DNA from: an uncultured Collinsella sp.
GTDB taxonomy: Bacteria > Actinomycetota > Coriobacteriia > Coriobacteriales > Coriobacteriaceae
Reading direction: 5' to 3'
DNA length: 53,149 nt
Assembly (NCBI GenBank): GCA_900544425.1
Contig: UQUX01000001.1
Location: 1 to 53,149, forward strand
Both the position numbers and the translations under genes were made by a program. Under the pieces are notes generated by a model, which had not been told where the DNA came from, did no database searches, and saw only the letters and a program-made list of their open reading frames with translations. Below are positions 38,840 through 46,950 of this stretch, piece by piece; the first letter of the stretch is position 1, and the number at the start of each line of letters is the position of its first letter.

Positions 38840-40600
38840 ATGGAATCGATCGTTAAGTTCTTGGAGAAAGGTCAGCCGTACTTCGACAAGGTCTCTAAGA
38901 ACATCTACCTTCAGGCCATTAAAGACGGCTTTTTGGCAGCAATGCCCATCATCCTGTCTTCTTCTGTCTTCCTGCTTATTTCGACCCTGCCGGGCGTTGT
39001 CGCCACGGTCGGCGGCTTTACGCTGCCCGACTGGTGGAACGTCGACGTCGTGAACTTCTGCAACAAGGTTTACAACTTCACGATGGGCGTCGTGGGCATC
39101 ATGGTCGCCGGCACCACCGCAAGCGCGCTGACCGGCTCCAAGAACCGCCGCATGCCTGCCGGCAAGGCCATCAACGCCACGAGCACCATGGTCGCCGCCA
39201 TGTGCGCTATGCTCATCTTGGCCGTTACCCAGACGAGTGCCAAGATCGACGGCGCCGATGTCTCGGTGTTCTTTACCGACAACATGGGCACCAAGGGCCT
39301 GCTGAGCTCCTTTGTCGCCGCATTTGCCACGGTCAACATCTATGCCTTCTGCATTAAGCGAGACATCACCATCAAGCTGCCCAAAGAAGTCCCCGGCGCC
39401 ATCGCCCAGAACTTCCGCGACATCTTCGCCTTCAGCTTCTCCATCCTGTTTGTCGCCGTCATCGACGTTATCTGCCGCACCTGCTTGGCCGTCCCGTTTG
39501 CCAACGTCATCTCCACGCTGGTGAGCCCGCTGTTCGCCGCTGCCGATTCCTACGCCGGCCTCGCCCTCATCTGGTTCATGATCCCTCTGTTCTGGTTCAT
39601 GGGCATCCACGGCCCCTCGGTCGTTAAGCCTGCTCTCAACGCCGCGCTGTTTGGCAACATCACTACCAACCTCGCCACGCTGCAGGCCGGCGGTCACCCC
39701 GCCCTCGCCCTGACCGAAAACTTCGGTAACTACATCGGCGAACTCGGCGGCACCGGCGCCACGTTCATTGTCCCGATTATCTTCCTGCTCTTTATGCGCT
39801 CCAAGCAGCTCAAGGCCGTCGGCAAAGCCTCTGTCGTGCCCGTGATGTTCGCCGTCAACGAGCCGCTGCTGTTCGCCGCGCCCATCATCCTCAACCCGTA
39901 CTTCCTGATCCCGTTCCTGTTTGCCCCCGTGGCCAACGTCCTCATTGGTAAGTTCTTCATCGACTTTTTGGGCATGAACGGCTTTATCTATGCCATGCCG
40001 TGGGCACTCCCCGGACCGATCGGCACCTTCATCGACACCAACTTCCAGCCGATCTCTCTGGTCCTGGCTGTCGTCCTGCTGGTCGTTGACTTCTTGATCT
40101 ACTACCCGTTCTGCAAGGCCTACGACAACGTCCTGTGCAAGCAGGAGGCCGAGACCCTGGCCGAAGAAGAGGCCGAGGAGACCAAGGCCGTCAAGACCGC
40201 TGCCGCCCCCGCCGTTGAGGCTCCTGTTGTCGAGACCGCTTCTGCCACTGAGGCCTCCGCAGCTCCGTCCGCCCTTAAGGGCAAGGATCTGAGGGTTCTG
40301 GTTCTGTGCGCTGGCGCCGGCACCTCTGCACTGCTCGCCAACGCGCTTAAGGAAGGCGCCGACGAGCTGGGCATCGACATTACCGCCAACGCCGGTGCCT
40401 ACGGCAGCCACTACGCCATCATGGACCAGTACAACGTCATCGTCCTGGCTCCGCAGGTTCGCACCTATTACAACGAGATGAAGGCCGACACCGACCGCCT
40501 GGGCATCACGCTGCTGTCGCCCAAGGGCAAACAGTACATCGACCTCACTAAGGATCCCAAGGGTGCCGTCGCCTGGATCGAGGAAAACCTCGAGGCATAA
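38840..40600 (+). CDS. PTS lactose/cellobiose-family EIICB (module 2)
   Basis: AIKDGF, FWFMGIHGPS, LGGTGAT, FAVNEPLLF; EIIB VLCAGAGTS. Confidence 0.92.
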   Translation: MESIVKFLEKGQPYFDKVSKNIYLQAIKDGFLAAMPIILSSSVFLLISTLPGVVATVGGFTLPDWWNVDVVNFCNKVYNFTMGVVGIMVAGTTASALTGSKNRRMPAGKAINATSTMVAAMCAMLILAVTQTSAKIDGADVSVFFTDNMGTKGLLSSFVAAFATVNIYAFCIKRDITIKLPKEVPGAIAQNFRDIFAFSFSILFVAVIDVICRTCLAVPFANVISTLVSPLFAAADSYAGLALIWFMIPLFWFMGIHGPSVVKPALNAALFGNITTNLATLQAGGHPALALTENFGNYIGELGGTGATFIVPIIFLLFMRSKQLKAVGKASVVPVMFAVNEPLLFAAPIILNPYFLIPFLFAPVANVLIGKFFIDFLGMNGFIYAMPWALPGPIGTFIDTNFQPISLVLAVVLLVVDFLIYYPFCKAYDNVLCKQEAETLAEEEAEETKAVKTAAAPAVEAPVVETASATEASAAPSALKGKDLRVLVLCAGAGTSALLANALKEGADELGIDITANAGAYGSHYAIMDQYNVIVLAPQVRTYYNEMKADTDRLGITLLSPKGKQYIDLTKDPKGAVAWIEENLEA

Positions 40601-40632
40601 GACGCTGACACCACCTGCCGCTTGCAGACAAT

Positions 40633-40676
40633 AAATGGCCCGTGCATCGATGTGTGATGCGCGGGCCATTTTGTTT
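40633..40676 (+). terminator. Terminator after the module 2 EIICB gene
   Basis: AAATGGCCCGTGCATC...GATGCGCGGGCCATTTTGTTT. Confidence 0.8.
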
Positions 40677-40692
40677 AGACCGCACCCGTCCT

Positions 40693-40763
40693 CCTGTTCA
40701 TCTCAATCTGTAACATCTAGCCGAGTTTTCGGGTCCCACCTGTTACAGACTTAGACGAGCAGG
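40693..40763 (+). repeat. Family B palindromic unit (single)
   Basis: CCTGTTCATCTCAATCTGTAACA-N25-TGTTACAGACTTAGACGAGCAGG. Confidence 0.88.
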
Positions 40764-40773
40764 CCGAGCACGT

Positions 40774-41784
40774 CTACGCCCGCAGGTCCTTCACGCTGGA
40801 ACGTTCGACCAACACGCCCGAGACGAGCGTACGGCTTCTGGAGCTCGGGGTTTCCAGACCTGCGACGACCTCGTTAAGCGCACGAATGCCCAGCTCGCGG
40901 TGGCGAAACTTCACCGACGTCAGAATGGAGTTGGGAATCGTCTTGTAGAGCTCATCGTCGAAGCCGATCACGGACACGTCGTCGGGCACACTGAGCCCCT
41001 TGTCACGTAGAGCCATCATCACGCCGTTTGCCATGCAGTCGTTAGCAGCGAGGACCGCCGTGCAATCGGGTTTATCGGCAAGCGCAAGGCCTGCGGCATA
41101 GCCACTATCCGCATTCCAATCGCCTTGCAGAGGCTCGGGCGGCTCAATGCCACGCGCCTCGAGTGCCGCACGCCAACCTTTCATACGGCACTGGCTCGAC
41201 AGCGACTCTTTCTTACCCGAAACGAAATACACGTTCTTGTGACCATGATTCAAGAAGTACTCGCACGCCATGCGCGCGCCGCCCTCTTGGTCGTCACTAA
41301 CGGTGGAGCAGGCAGGATGCTTCATCGGCGTAATAATCACCGTCTTGAGGTCTTTCGGCGCCTCAAAGGTATCAAAGTCATCGACCATCTGACGCAGGTT
41401 GAAGATCATGCCGTCAACGGGAAGCTGCGACATCCTGCGCGCCGCATCGGCAAGGGTCATGTTCTCCCCTGCGCACTTCTTAATCATCGTGAGCGCAAAG
41501 CCGCGTTCTTCGGCGGCATCGGCGATACCGTCAATCATGTCCACGGCACCGCCCGACAAGTGAAACAGCACGACGCCGATGCACCCGTAACGGCCCAACT
41601 TGAGCGAACGCGCGGCAAAGTTGGTTCGAAATCCGAGCGCCTCCATTGCCGAATGGACCTTATCGCGTGTCGACTCTCGCACGCTATTGGGCTCGTTGAT
41701 CACACGCGAAACCGTCTTGAGAGAAACACCCGCGGCAATCGCCACATCGTTCATCGAGACGTTTTTCTTGTCCATCGTTGTCAC
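40774..41784 (-). CDS. LacI-family regulator 4 (module 3)
   Basis: Probable start GTG 41784 (GGAG 5 nt upstream) or ATG 41775; MNDVAIAAGVSLKTVSRVIN HTH; ANDCMA, VPDDVSVIGFDD. Confidence 0.9.
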   Translation of the reverse strand: MTTMDKKNVSMNDVAIAAGVSLKTVSRVINEPNSVRESTRDKVHSAMEALGFRTNFAARSLKLGRYGCIGVVLFHLSGGAVDMIDGIADAAEERGFALTMIKKCAGENMTLADAARRMSQLPVDGMIFNLRQMVDDFDTFEAPKDLKTVIITPMKHPACSTVSDDQEGGARMACEYFLNHGHKNVYFVSGKKESLSSQCRMKGWRAALEARGIEPPEPLQGDWNADSGYAAGLALADKPDCTAVLAANDCMANGVMMALRDKGLSVPDDVSVIGFDDELYKTIPNSILTSVKFRHRELGIRALNEVVAGLETPSSRSRTLVSGVLVERSSVKDLRA

Positions 41785-41916
41785 TGCTTCTCCACTCGGT
41801 TCTCTATCGCTTGTTTTTTGTGTTCTAGCATACACTACCTGCCTGACTGATAAATCAACCGTTTACCGGGCAATATCGACCGCTCACCCGTATATCCTTG
41901 TTGCTCTTCCAAAAAT

Positions 41917-41953
41917 GTCTTACGTTGTCATTAACGAAATGACAACGTTGTCA
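41917..41953. promoter_or_regulatory. LacI-type operators TGACAACGTTGTCA
   Basis: Perfect palindrome at 41940-41953; partial GTCTTACGTTGTCA at 41917; half-site CGTTGTCA over the lacI4 start. Confidence 0.75.
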
Positions 41954-42059
41954 TTTCGCAATGCCTTCCTTAAGCAGGAAGGCTTCCGGGCAGTCCTGAC
42001 CATCCATCGACGACCAGTTCCATCCACATGCATCGCGCATCAAGTAGCAAAGGAGCTTT

Positions 42060-43838
42060 ATGGACGCCATCGTAAAGATGCTCGAAAAGCATCAACCGTT
42101 CTTTGAGAAGATCTCGAGAAACATCTACCTCCAGGCCATCAAGGACGGATTCCTTGGGTGCATGCCCATCGTCCTCACCTCTTCGATCTTTCTGCTGATC
42201 GCCACGCTTCCCGGCGTGGTCGGCATCGCGCTGCCCCAGCCGCTCCTCGACTGGTGCAACAAGCTGTACAACTTCACCATGGGCGTCATGGGCATCATGG
42301 TTGCCGGCACCACCGCCAAGAACTTCACGGCATCCATGAACCGTCGTATGCCCGCCGGCAAAGTGCTCAACGACGGTTCCACTATGGTTGCTGCCCAGTG
42401 CAGCATGCTGCTGCTCGCAGTCACGCAGTTCAGCACCAAGTTCAACGGCTCCGAGCTTTCGGTCTTCGATTGCACCAGCATGGGCACGCGCGGTCTGTTC
42501 TCGGCCTATATCGCCGCGTTCATTACCGTGTGGGTCTATAAATTCTGCGTCTCGCGCGATCTGACCATTAAGCTGCCCAAGGAGGTTCCGGGCGCCATCG
42601 CTCAGAACTTCCGCGACATCATCCCCTTTGGCGGCGCCGTCATCATCTGCAGCATCATCGATGTCGTCGTGCGCAACCTCATGGGCGTTCCGTTCTCCGA
42701 GCTGCTTATCAAACTGCTCTCCCCGCTCTTTACCGCTGCAGAAACCTATCCTGGCCTTATCCTTATCCAGGCAGCCACCGCGTTCTTCTGGTTCATCGGC
42801 GTCCACGGCCCCTCGATCGTCCAGCCGGGCATCGACCCCATCCGTCTTGCCAACCAGGCCGAGAACCTGCAGGTTCTGCTGGCCGGTGGCCACCCCGCCC
42901 ACTCCCTCACCTTTAACATGTCGCTCGTGGGTGAGTTCGGCGGCACTGGCGCCACGTTCATCGTGCCGCTTCTGCTGATTCTCTTTATGAAGTCCAAGCA
43001 GCTCAAAGCCGTCGGTAAGGCCTCGATTGTTCCTGTTGCCTTTGCTGTCAACGAGCCGCTGCTCTTTGGCGCGCCGATGATCCTTAACCCCTACATGCTC
43101 ATCCCCTTTGTTGCCGCCGGCTGCGTCAACGTGAGTGTTGCCAAGTTCTTTATCGATAACGTGGGCATGAACGGCTTCTCCTTCGTGGTGCCTTGGGCCA
43201 CCCCCGCCCCCATCGGCATTTTCATCACCACGAACTTCCAGCTTATTGCCCTGGTATTTGTCGCGATCATCATCTTGCTGGATGCCATCATCTACCTGCC
43301 GTTCTTGAAGGCATACGATAAGCTGCTCTGCGACCAGGAGGCCGAGCGCGCCGCCGAGCTGGGTCTCGAGTCCGATGGTGCTGCCACCATCGCCGCCAGC
43401 ACCTCTGCGCCCGCTGCCGAGCAGACCGCCGCTGCCGTCGAGCCGACCGCCGCTGCCGCCGACAGCAAGCCTGCCGCCGAACAGCCCGAGCCTGCCGCCG
43501 ATGCATCCGCCAAGAAGGACGTCGATGGCCTGAAGGTCCTCGTCCTGTGCGCTGGCGCCGGCACCTCCGCCATGCTTGCCAACGCCATCAAGGAAGGTGC
43601 CGCGCAGACCGGAGAGAACATCGCTTCCTCCGCAGGCGCCTATGGCCAGCACACTGCCATCATGGATCAGTACGACGTTATCGTGCTTGCCCCGCAGGTC
43701 CGTAGCTACTACAACGACATGAAGGCCGACACCGATCGCCTAGGCATTAAGCTGCTCGCTCCGCGCGGCAAGGAATATATCGACCTTACCCGCGACCCCG
43801 CTGGCGCCATCAAGTGGCTCCGCGAGAACCTCGACTAG
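42060..43838 (+). CDS. PTS lactose/cellobiose-family EIICB (module 3)
   Basis: AIKDGF, FWFIGVHGPS, FGGTGAT, FAVNEPLLF; EIIB VLCAGAGTS; Ala/Pro-rich linker. Confidence 0.92.
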   Translation: MDAIVKMLEKHQPFFEKISRNIYLQAIKDGFLGCMPIVLTSSIFLLIATLPGVVGIALPQPLLDWCNKLYNFTMGVMGIMVAGTTAKNFTASMNRRMPAGKVLNDGSTMVAAQCSMLLLAVTQFSTKFNGSELSVFDCTSMGTRGLFSAYIAAFITVWVYKFCVSRDLTIKLPKEVPGAIAQNFRDIIPFGGAVIICSIIDVVVRNLMGVPFSELLIKLLSPLFTAAETYPGLILIQAATAFFWFIGVHGPSIVQPGIDPIRLANQAENLQVLLAGGHPAHSLTFNMSLVGEFGGTGATFIVPLLLILFMKSKQLKAVGKASIVPVAFAVNEPLLFGAPMILNPYMLIPFVAAGCVNVSVAKFFIDNVGMNGFSFVVPWATPAPIGIFITTNFQLIALVFVAIIILLDAIIYLPFLKAYDKLLCDQEAERAAELGLESDGAATIAASTSAPAAEQTAAAVEPTAAAADSKPAAEQPEPAADASAKKDVDGLKVLVLCAGAGTSAMLANAIKEGAAQTGENIASSAGAYGQHTAIMDQYDVIVLAPQVRSYYNDMKADTDRLGIKLLAPRGKEYIDLTRDPAGAIKWLRENLD

Positions 43839-43913
43839 CTCCTCCCTCTGTTGGTGCCCGAATCCCCAGTTCGGGCACCTCCCCCTATTCGTATCCCACA
43901 GAAAGGATGACTC

Positions 43914-45335
43914 ATGACCAACCCCATGCAGTTCCCCGACGGCTTTGTGTTTGGCGGCGCCACCGCCGCTTACCAGGTTGAGGGCGAGACCCGTACACAC
44001 GGCAAGGGCAAAGTGCCCTGGGACGATTTCCTGGCTGCTCAGGGCCGTTTCTCCCCCGACCCCGCAAGCGATTTCTACAACAAGTACCCGGTCGATATCG
44101 ACCTGTGCCAGCGCTTCGGCATCAACGGTATCCGTGTCTCCATCGCTTGGAGCCGTATCTTCCCCAACGGCACCGGCGAGATTAACCCCGAGGGCGTCGC
44201 CTTCTATCACGAGCTTTTTGCCACCTGCAACAAAGCCGGCGTTATCCCCTATGTCACGCTCGATCACTTTGACACGCCCGAGGCCTTCTACCAGGACGGC
44301 GGAGAGGGCTTCCTGACGCGCACGACGATCGACGCCTTTGTCGAGTACGCCAAGTTCTGCTTTGCCGAGTTCACCGAGGTCAAGTACTGGTTTACCTTTA
44401 ACGAGATTCCCGCGACCGCCGAGGGCAGCTTTATCGTCGGCAACTGGCCGCACGGCGAGAAGTATCGCCTGGACAAGGCCTTCCAGCTTATGCACAACAT
44501 GATGGTGGCCCATGCCAAGGCCGTCGTCGCCTTCCACGAGGGCGGCTTTGAGGGCGAGATCGGCATTGTCCAGAACCTGGAGCCCAAGTATCCCCTCGAT
44601 CCCAACAGTGCTGCCGACTGCGAGGCCGCCCGCATGGCCGACGTCATTAACAACCGCTGGGTACTCGACGCCACCTTCCGCGGCCACTATGCAGCCGATA
44701 CCATGGAGGCTGCGACCAAGCTGGCTCATATCGCCGGCGGCGAGCTCGACGTCCGCGACGAGGACATCGCCGCGCTGACCGCCGCGCTCCCCTACAACGA
44801 TTGCCTGGGCGTCAACACCTACAAGTGCCAGTTCCTGCGTGCCGCCGAGGGCGAAAACGACATCAACCACAATGGCACCGGCGACAAGGGCTCCTCGCGC
44901 TGGTTCCTCAAGGGCGTGGGCGAGTCATGCGTGCGCGAAGGCATACCCACCACCGATTGGGACTGGATCATCTATCCCGAGGGCCTCTACGACCTGCTGC
45001 TCCGCATTAAGAACGATTACCCCAACTACAAGAAGATCTACATCACCGAGAACGGCATGGGCTATAAGGACGACTTCGAGGATGGCTTTATCGACGACGC
45101 CCCTCGTATCGACTACATGCGCCAGCATCTCGCATGGATCCTCAAGGCAATCGACGGCGGTGTAAACGTCGACGGTTACTTTGTGTGGTCGCTGCAGGAC
45201 CAGTTCTCCTGGACCAACGGCTATAACAAGCGTTACGGCCTGTTCTACATCGACTTTGAGACCCAGAAGCGCTATCCCAAGGCGAGCGCGTACTGGTACA
45301 AGAACGTCGCGGAGACCGGCCTGCTTATGGCCTAG
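43914..45335 (+). CDS. lacG: GH1 6-phospho-beta-galactosidase paralogue (module 3)
   Basis: FVFGGATAAYQVEG, TFNE, ITENG, WSLQDQFSWTNGYNKRYG. Confidence 0.9.
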   Translation: MTNPMQFPDGFVFGGATAAYQVEGETRTHGKGKVPWDDFLAAQGRFSPDPASDFYNKYPVDIDLCQRFGINGIRVSIAWSRIFPNGTGEINPEGVAFYHELFATCNKAGVIPYVTLDHFDTPEAFYQDGGEGFLTRTTIDAFVEYAKFCFAEFTEVKYWFTFNEIPATAEGSFIVGNWPHGEKYRLDKAFQLMHNMMVAHAKAVVAFHEGGFEGEIGIVQNLEPKYPLDPNSAADCEAARMADVINNRWVLDATFRGHYAADTMEAATKLAHIAGGELDVRDEDIAALTAALPYNDCLGVNTYKCQFLRAAEGENDINHNGTGDKGSSRWFLKGVGESCVREGIPTTDWDWIIYPEGLYDLLLRIKNDYPNYKKIYITENGMGYKDDFEDGFIDDAPRIDYMRQHLAWILKAIDGGVNVDGYFVWSLQDQFSWTNGYNKRYGLFYIDFETQKRYPKASAYWYKNVAETGLLMA

Positions 45336-45357
45336 TTTCCGCCGCATGCCACCCGTC

Positions 45358-45405
45358 GGCCGCATACGAATCCCAAACCGGTTCGTATGCGGCCTTTTTG
45401 TTTTT
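45358..45405 (+). terminator. Terminator after the module 3 GH1 gene
   Basis: GGCCGCATACGAA...TTCGTATGCGGCC followed by TTTTTGTTTTT. Confidence 0.85.
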
Positions 45406-45421
45406 GGTGAGCCCGTGCAGG

Positions 45422-45568
45422 CCGTTTATCTCGATTTGTAACACCTAGCAAGGATTTTCGGCTCCAATTGTTACAGATTGAGATGAACGGGGGCATCCGG
45501 TTCGAAATATCTAGATCTGTAACATCTAACTCGCTTTTAGCCGTCTAACTGTTACAGATTGAGACGAT
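45422..45568 (+). repeat. Family B palindromic doublet
   Basis: TGTAACA 45437/45518, TGTTACA 45469/45550; same 25-bp spacer and 81-bp period. Confidence 0.9.
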
Positions 45569-45587
45569 TCGACGGTATCGTCCGCAT

Positions 45588-45613
45588 GGACACACCGTGG
45601 TACAATTGTGTCC
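45588..45613 (+). promoter_or_regulatory. TA promoter/operator: extended -10 between inverted repeats
   Basis: GGACACA...TGGTACAAT...TGTGTCC upstream of RBS AAGGAGGT. Confidence 0.6.
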
Positions 45614-45632
45614 CAACGCAAAGGAGGTACCC

Positions 45633-45899
45633 ATGTCAGCTTGTGTGCCCGTCCGAGATATGAAGGACACTGCTGCATTCACCACGCTTGTTGAGTCTGA
45701 GCGCGACGTCACCGTAACTAAGAACGGCTACGAGGCCATGCACTGCATCAGCAGCGACCAGTATCGCCTCATGCAAGAAGAAATCGCCAAGGCAAAACTG
45801 CTGTCTCGTATGATGTTGGCAGAAGACGAAATATCGCAAGGCGACTACAGCGACTACGAATCCTTCGCGGCTTCGATACGAGACAAATATGACCTATAA
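45633..45899 (+). CDS. Phd/YefM-family antitoxin
   Basis: 88 aa; PVRDMK...F...V......VTVTKNG pattern; acidic C-terminus; overlaps the toxin start. Confidence 0.8.
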   Translation: MSACVPVRDMKDTAAFTTLVESERDVTVTKNGYEAMHCISSDQYRLMQEEIAKAKLLSRMMLAEDEISQGDYSDYESFAASIRDKYDL

Positions 45900-46194
45900 C
45901 GTCGTAATCCTCAAAAGCGCGCGATATGAGTACGAGAGTATTGTCGGATACCTTGCTCAAATCCTTAAGAATCCGCGTGCAGCAGGCAATTTTGTCGCTG
46001 AGTTTGAATATCAGCTTGATCTGCTTCGCGAGCAGCCGCTCCTACGTCCCCTCTCGCACATGCAAGAGCTGGCGGCACGTAATTACCGATCGTTTCCCGT
46101 CAACAACTACGTGTGCCTTTACAAGCTTGAGCACGAAACAATCTATATCGCCCACATCTTTCATCAGTCACAGGACTACGCCCGCCTGGTCTAG
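45889..46194 (+). CDS. RelE/ParE-family toxin
   Basis: 101 aa; Y.V.I..SA......I..YL, NP.AA, YRSF.V.NYV.LY, IYIAHIFHQSQDY. Confidence 0.82.
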   Translation: MTYNVVILKSARYEYESIVGYLAQILKNPRAAGNFVAEFEYQLDLLREQPLLRPLSHMQELAARNYRSFPVNNYVCLYKLEHETIYIAHIFHQSQDYARLV

Positions 46195-46223
46195 CCCACA
46201 AGCTGAATACTTGGCCCGAGCAC

Positions 46224-46340
46224 ATTTGCACGTCATATCGCGTCACGTTGACGCGTAAAATGACGCGCAAATTTTTACGCGTCATCAAATTTGACGCACA
46301 AATGGTGTTTTTACATTTACGTGTCATTTTGCGCGTCATT
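46224..46340. repeat. Array of about eight 12-bp units (consensus TTTRCGCGTCAT) in both orientations
   Basis: TTTGCACGTCAT, TGACGCGTAAAA, ATGACGCGCAAA, TTTACGCGTCAT, TTGACGCACAAA, TTTACGTGTCAT, TTTGCGCGTCAT; short remnant at 50889-50920. Confidence 0.8.
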
Positions 46341-46392
46341 GTGAAGCGGTAACCCCGCGCTGGCAAGGGCAAAAGTCCTCCTGCAGCGTTAG

Positions 46393-46788
46393 CTAGCAGA
46401 TGACCTGCGTGTGCTCCTCGATGGCGACACGATCCTCGGCGGTAATACCCGGCTCGCACACCACGGCGTCCAAACTGTCCAGGCGGCAGAAAGTGTAGAA
46501 GCCGCGCCTGCCGATCTTGCTGGAGTCGGCGATGAGGCAGCGCGTATCGGCCTTGCTAAAGACGAGCTGCTGGATGCGGCCCTCGTCCATGTTGGACGTG
46601 GACGCGTCGCCGTCCAGAATGCCGTTGGCACCGATAAACGCCGTGTCAATCCCTAGTGCGCGCAGGGTATCCTCGGCCGTGGGCCCCACAAAGGCGGCGG
46701 TGCGGCGGCGGTACATGCCGCCCACCAGGCATAGCTCGCAATCCTCGCGCGCCTCGAGCAGGCTAAAGGCCGAAAGCGAATTGGTCAC
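46393..46788 (-). pseudogene. 5'-truncated duplicate (3' half) of the DeoR/LacR gene
   Basis: Colinear with 50987-51382 (roughly 90% nt identity by eye); lacks the HTH and start; several amino-acid changes. Confidence 0.92.
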
Positions 46789-46880
46789 ATAGATGGAAGT
46801 CAGCTTGTCGGTGACTCGGAGAGCGCCAATGCGATCTCACGACGGCTGCGCTCATTGTCTCAATTAGCTACTCAACGAAA

Positions 46881-46916
46881 TACGGCCCCGCAGCTCAATA
46901 AGCTGCGGGGCCGTAC
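46881..46916 (-). terminator. Terminator-like hairpin after the module 4 EIICB gene
   Basis: TACGGCCCCGCAGCT-CAATA-AGCTGCGGGGCCGTA. Confidence 0.7.
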
Positions 46917-46950
46917 TATACACCGACGAATCAACGACGGAGTGCATCCA

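Noticed and set aside
32225..44870. Long antisense ORFs (32225-34057, 34118-35614, 38600-40669, 41970-43652, 43740-44870; likewise 8041-9339, 19919-21112)
   Set aside because: Mirror frames of GC3-rich genes that lack stops for compositional reasons; no motifs recognised.
46100..46459. 119-aa ORF containing MTRK repeats
   Set aside because: Translation artefact of the 12-bp DNA array; overlaps the toxin and the lacR remnant.
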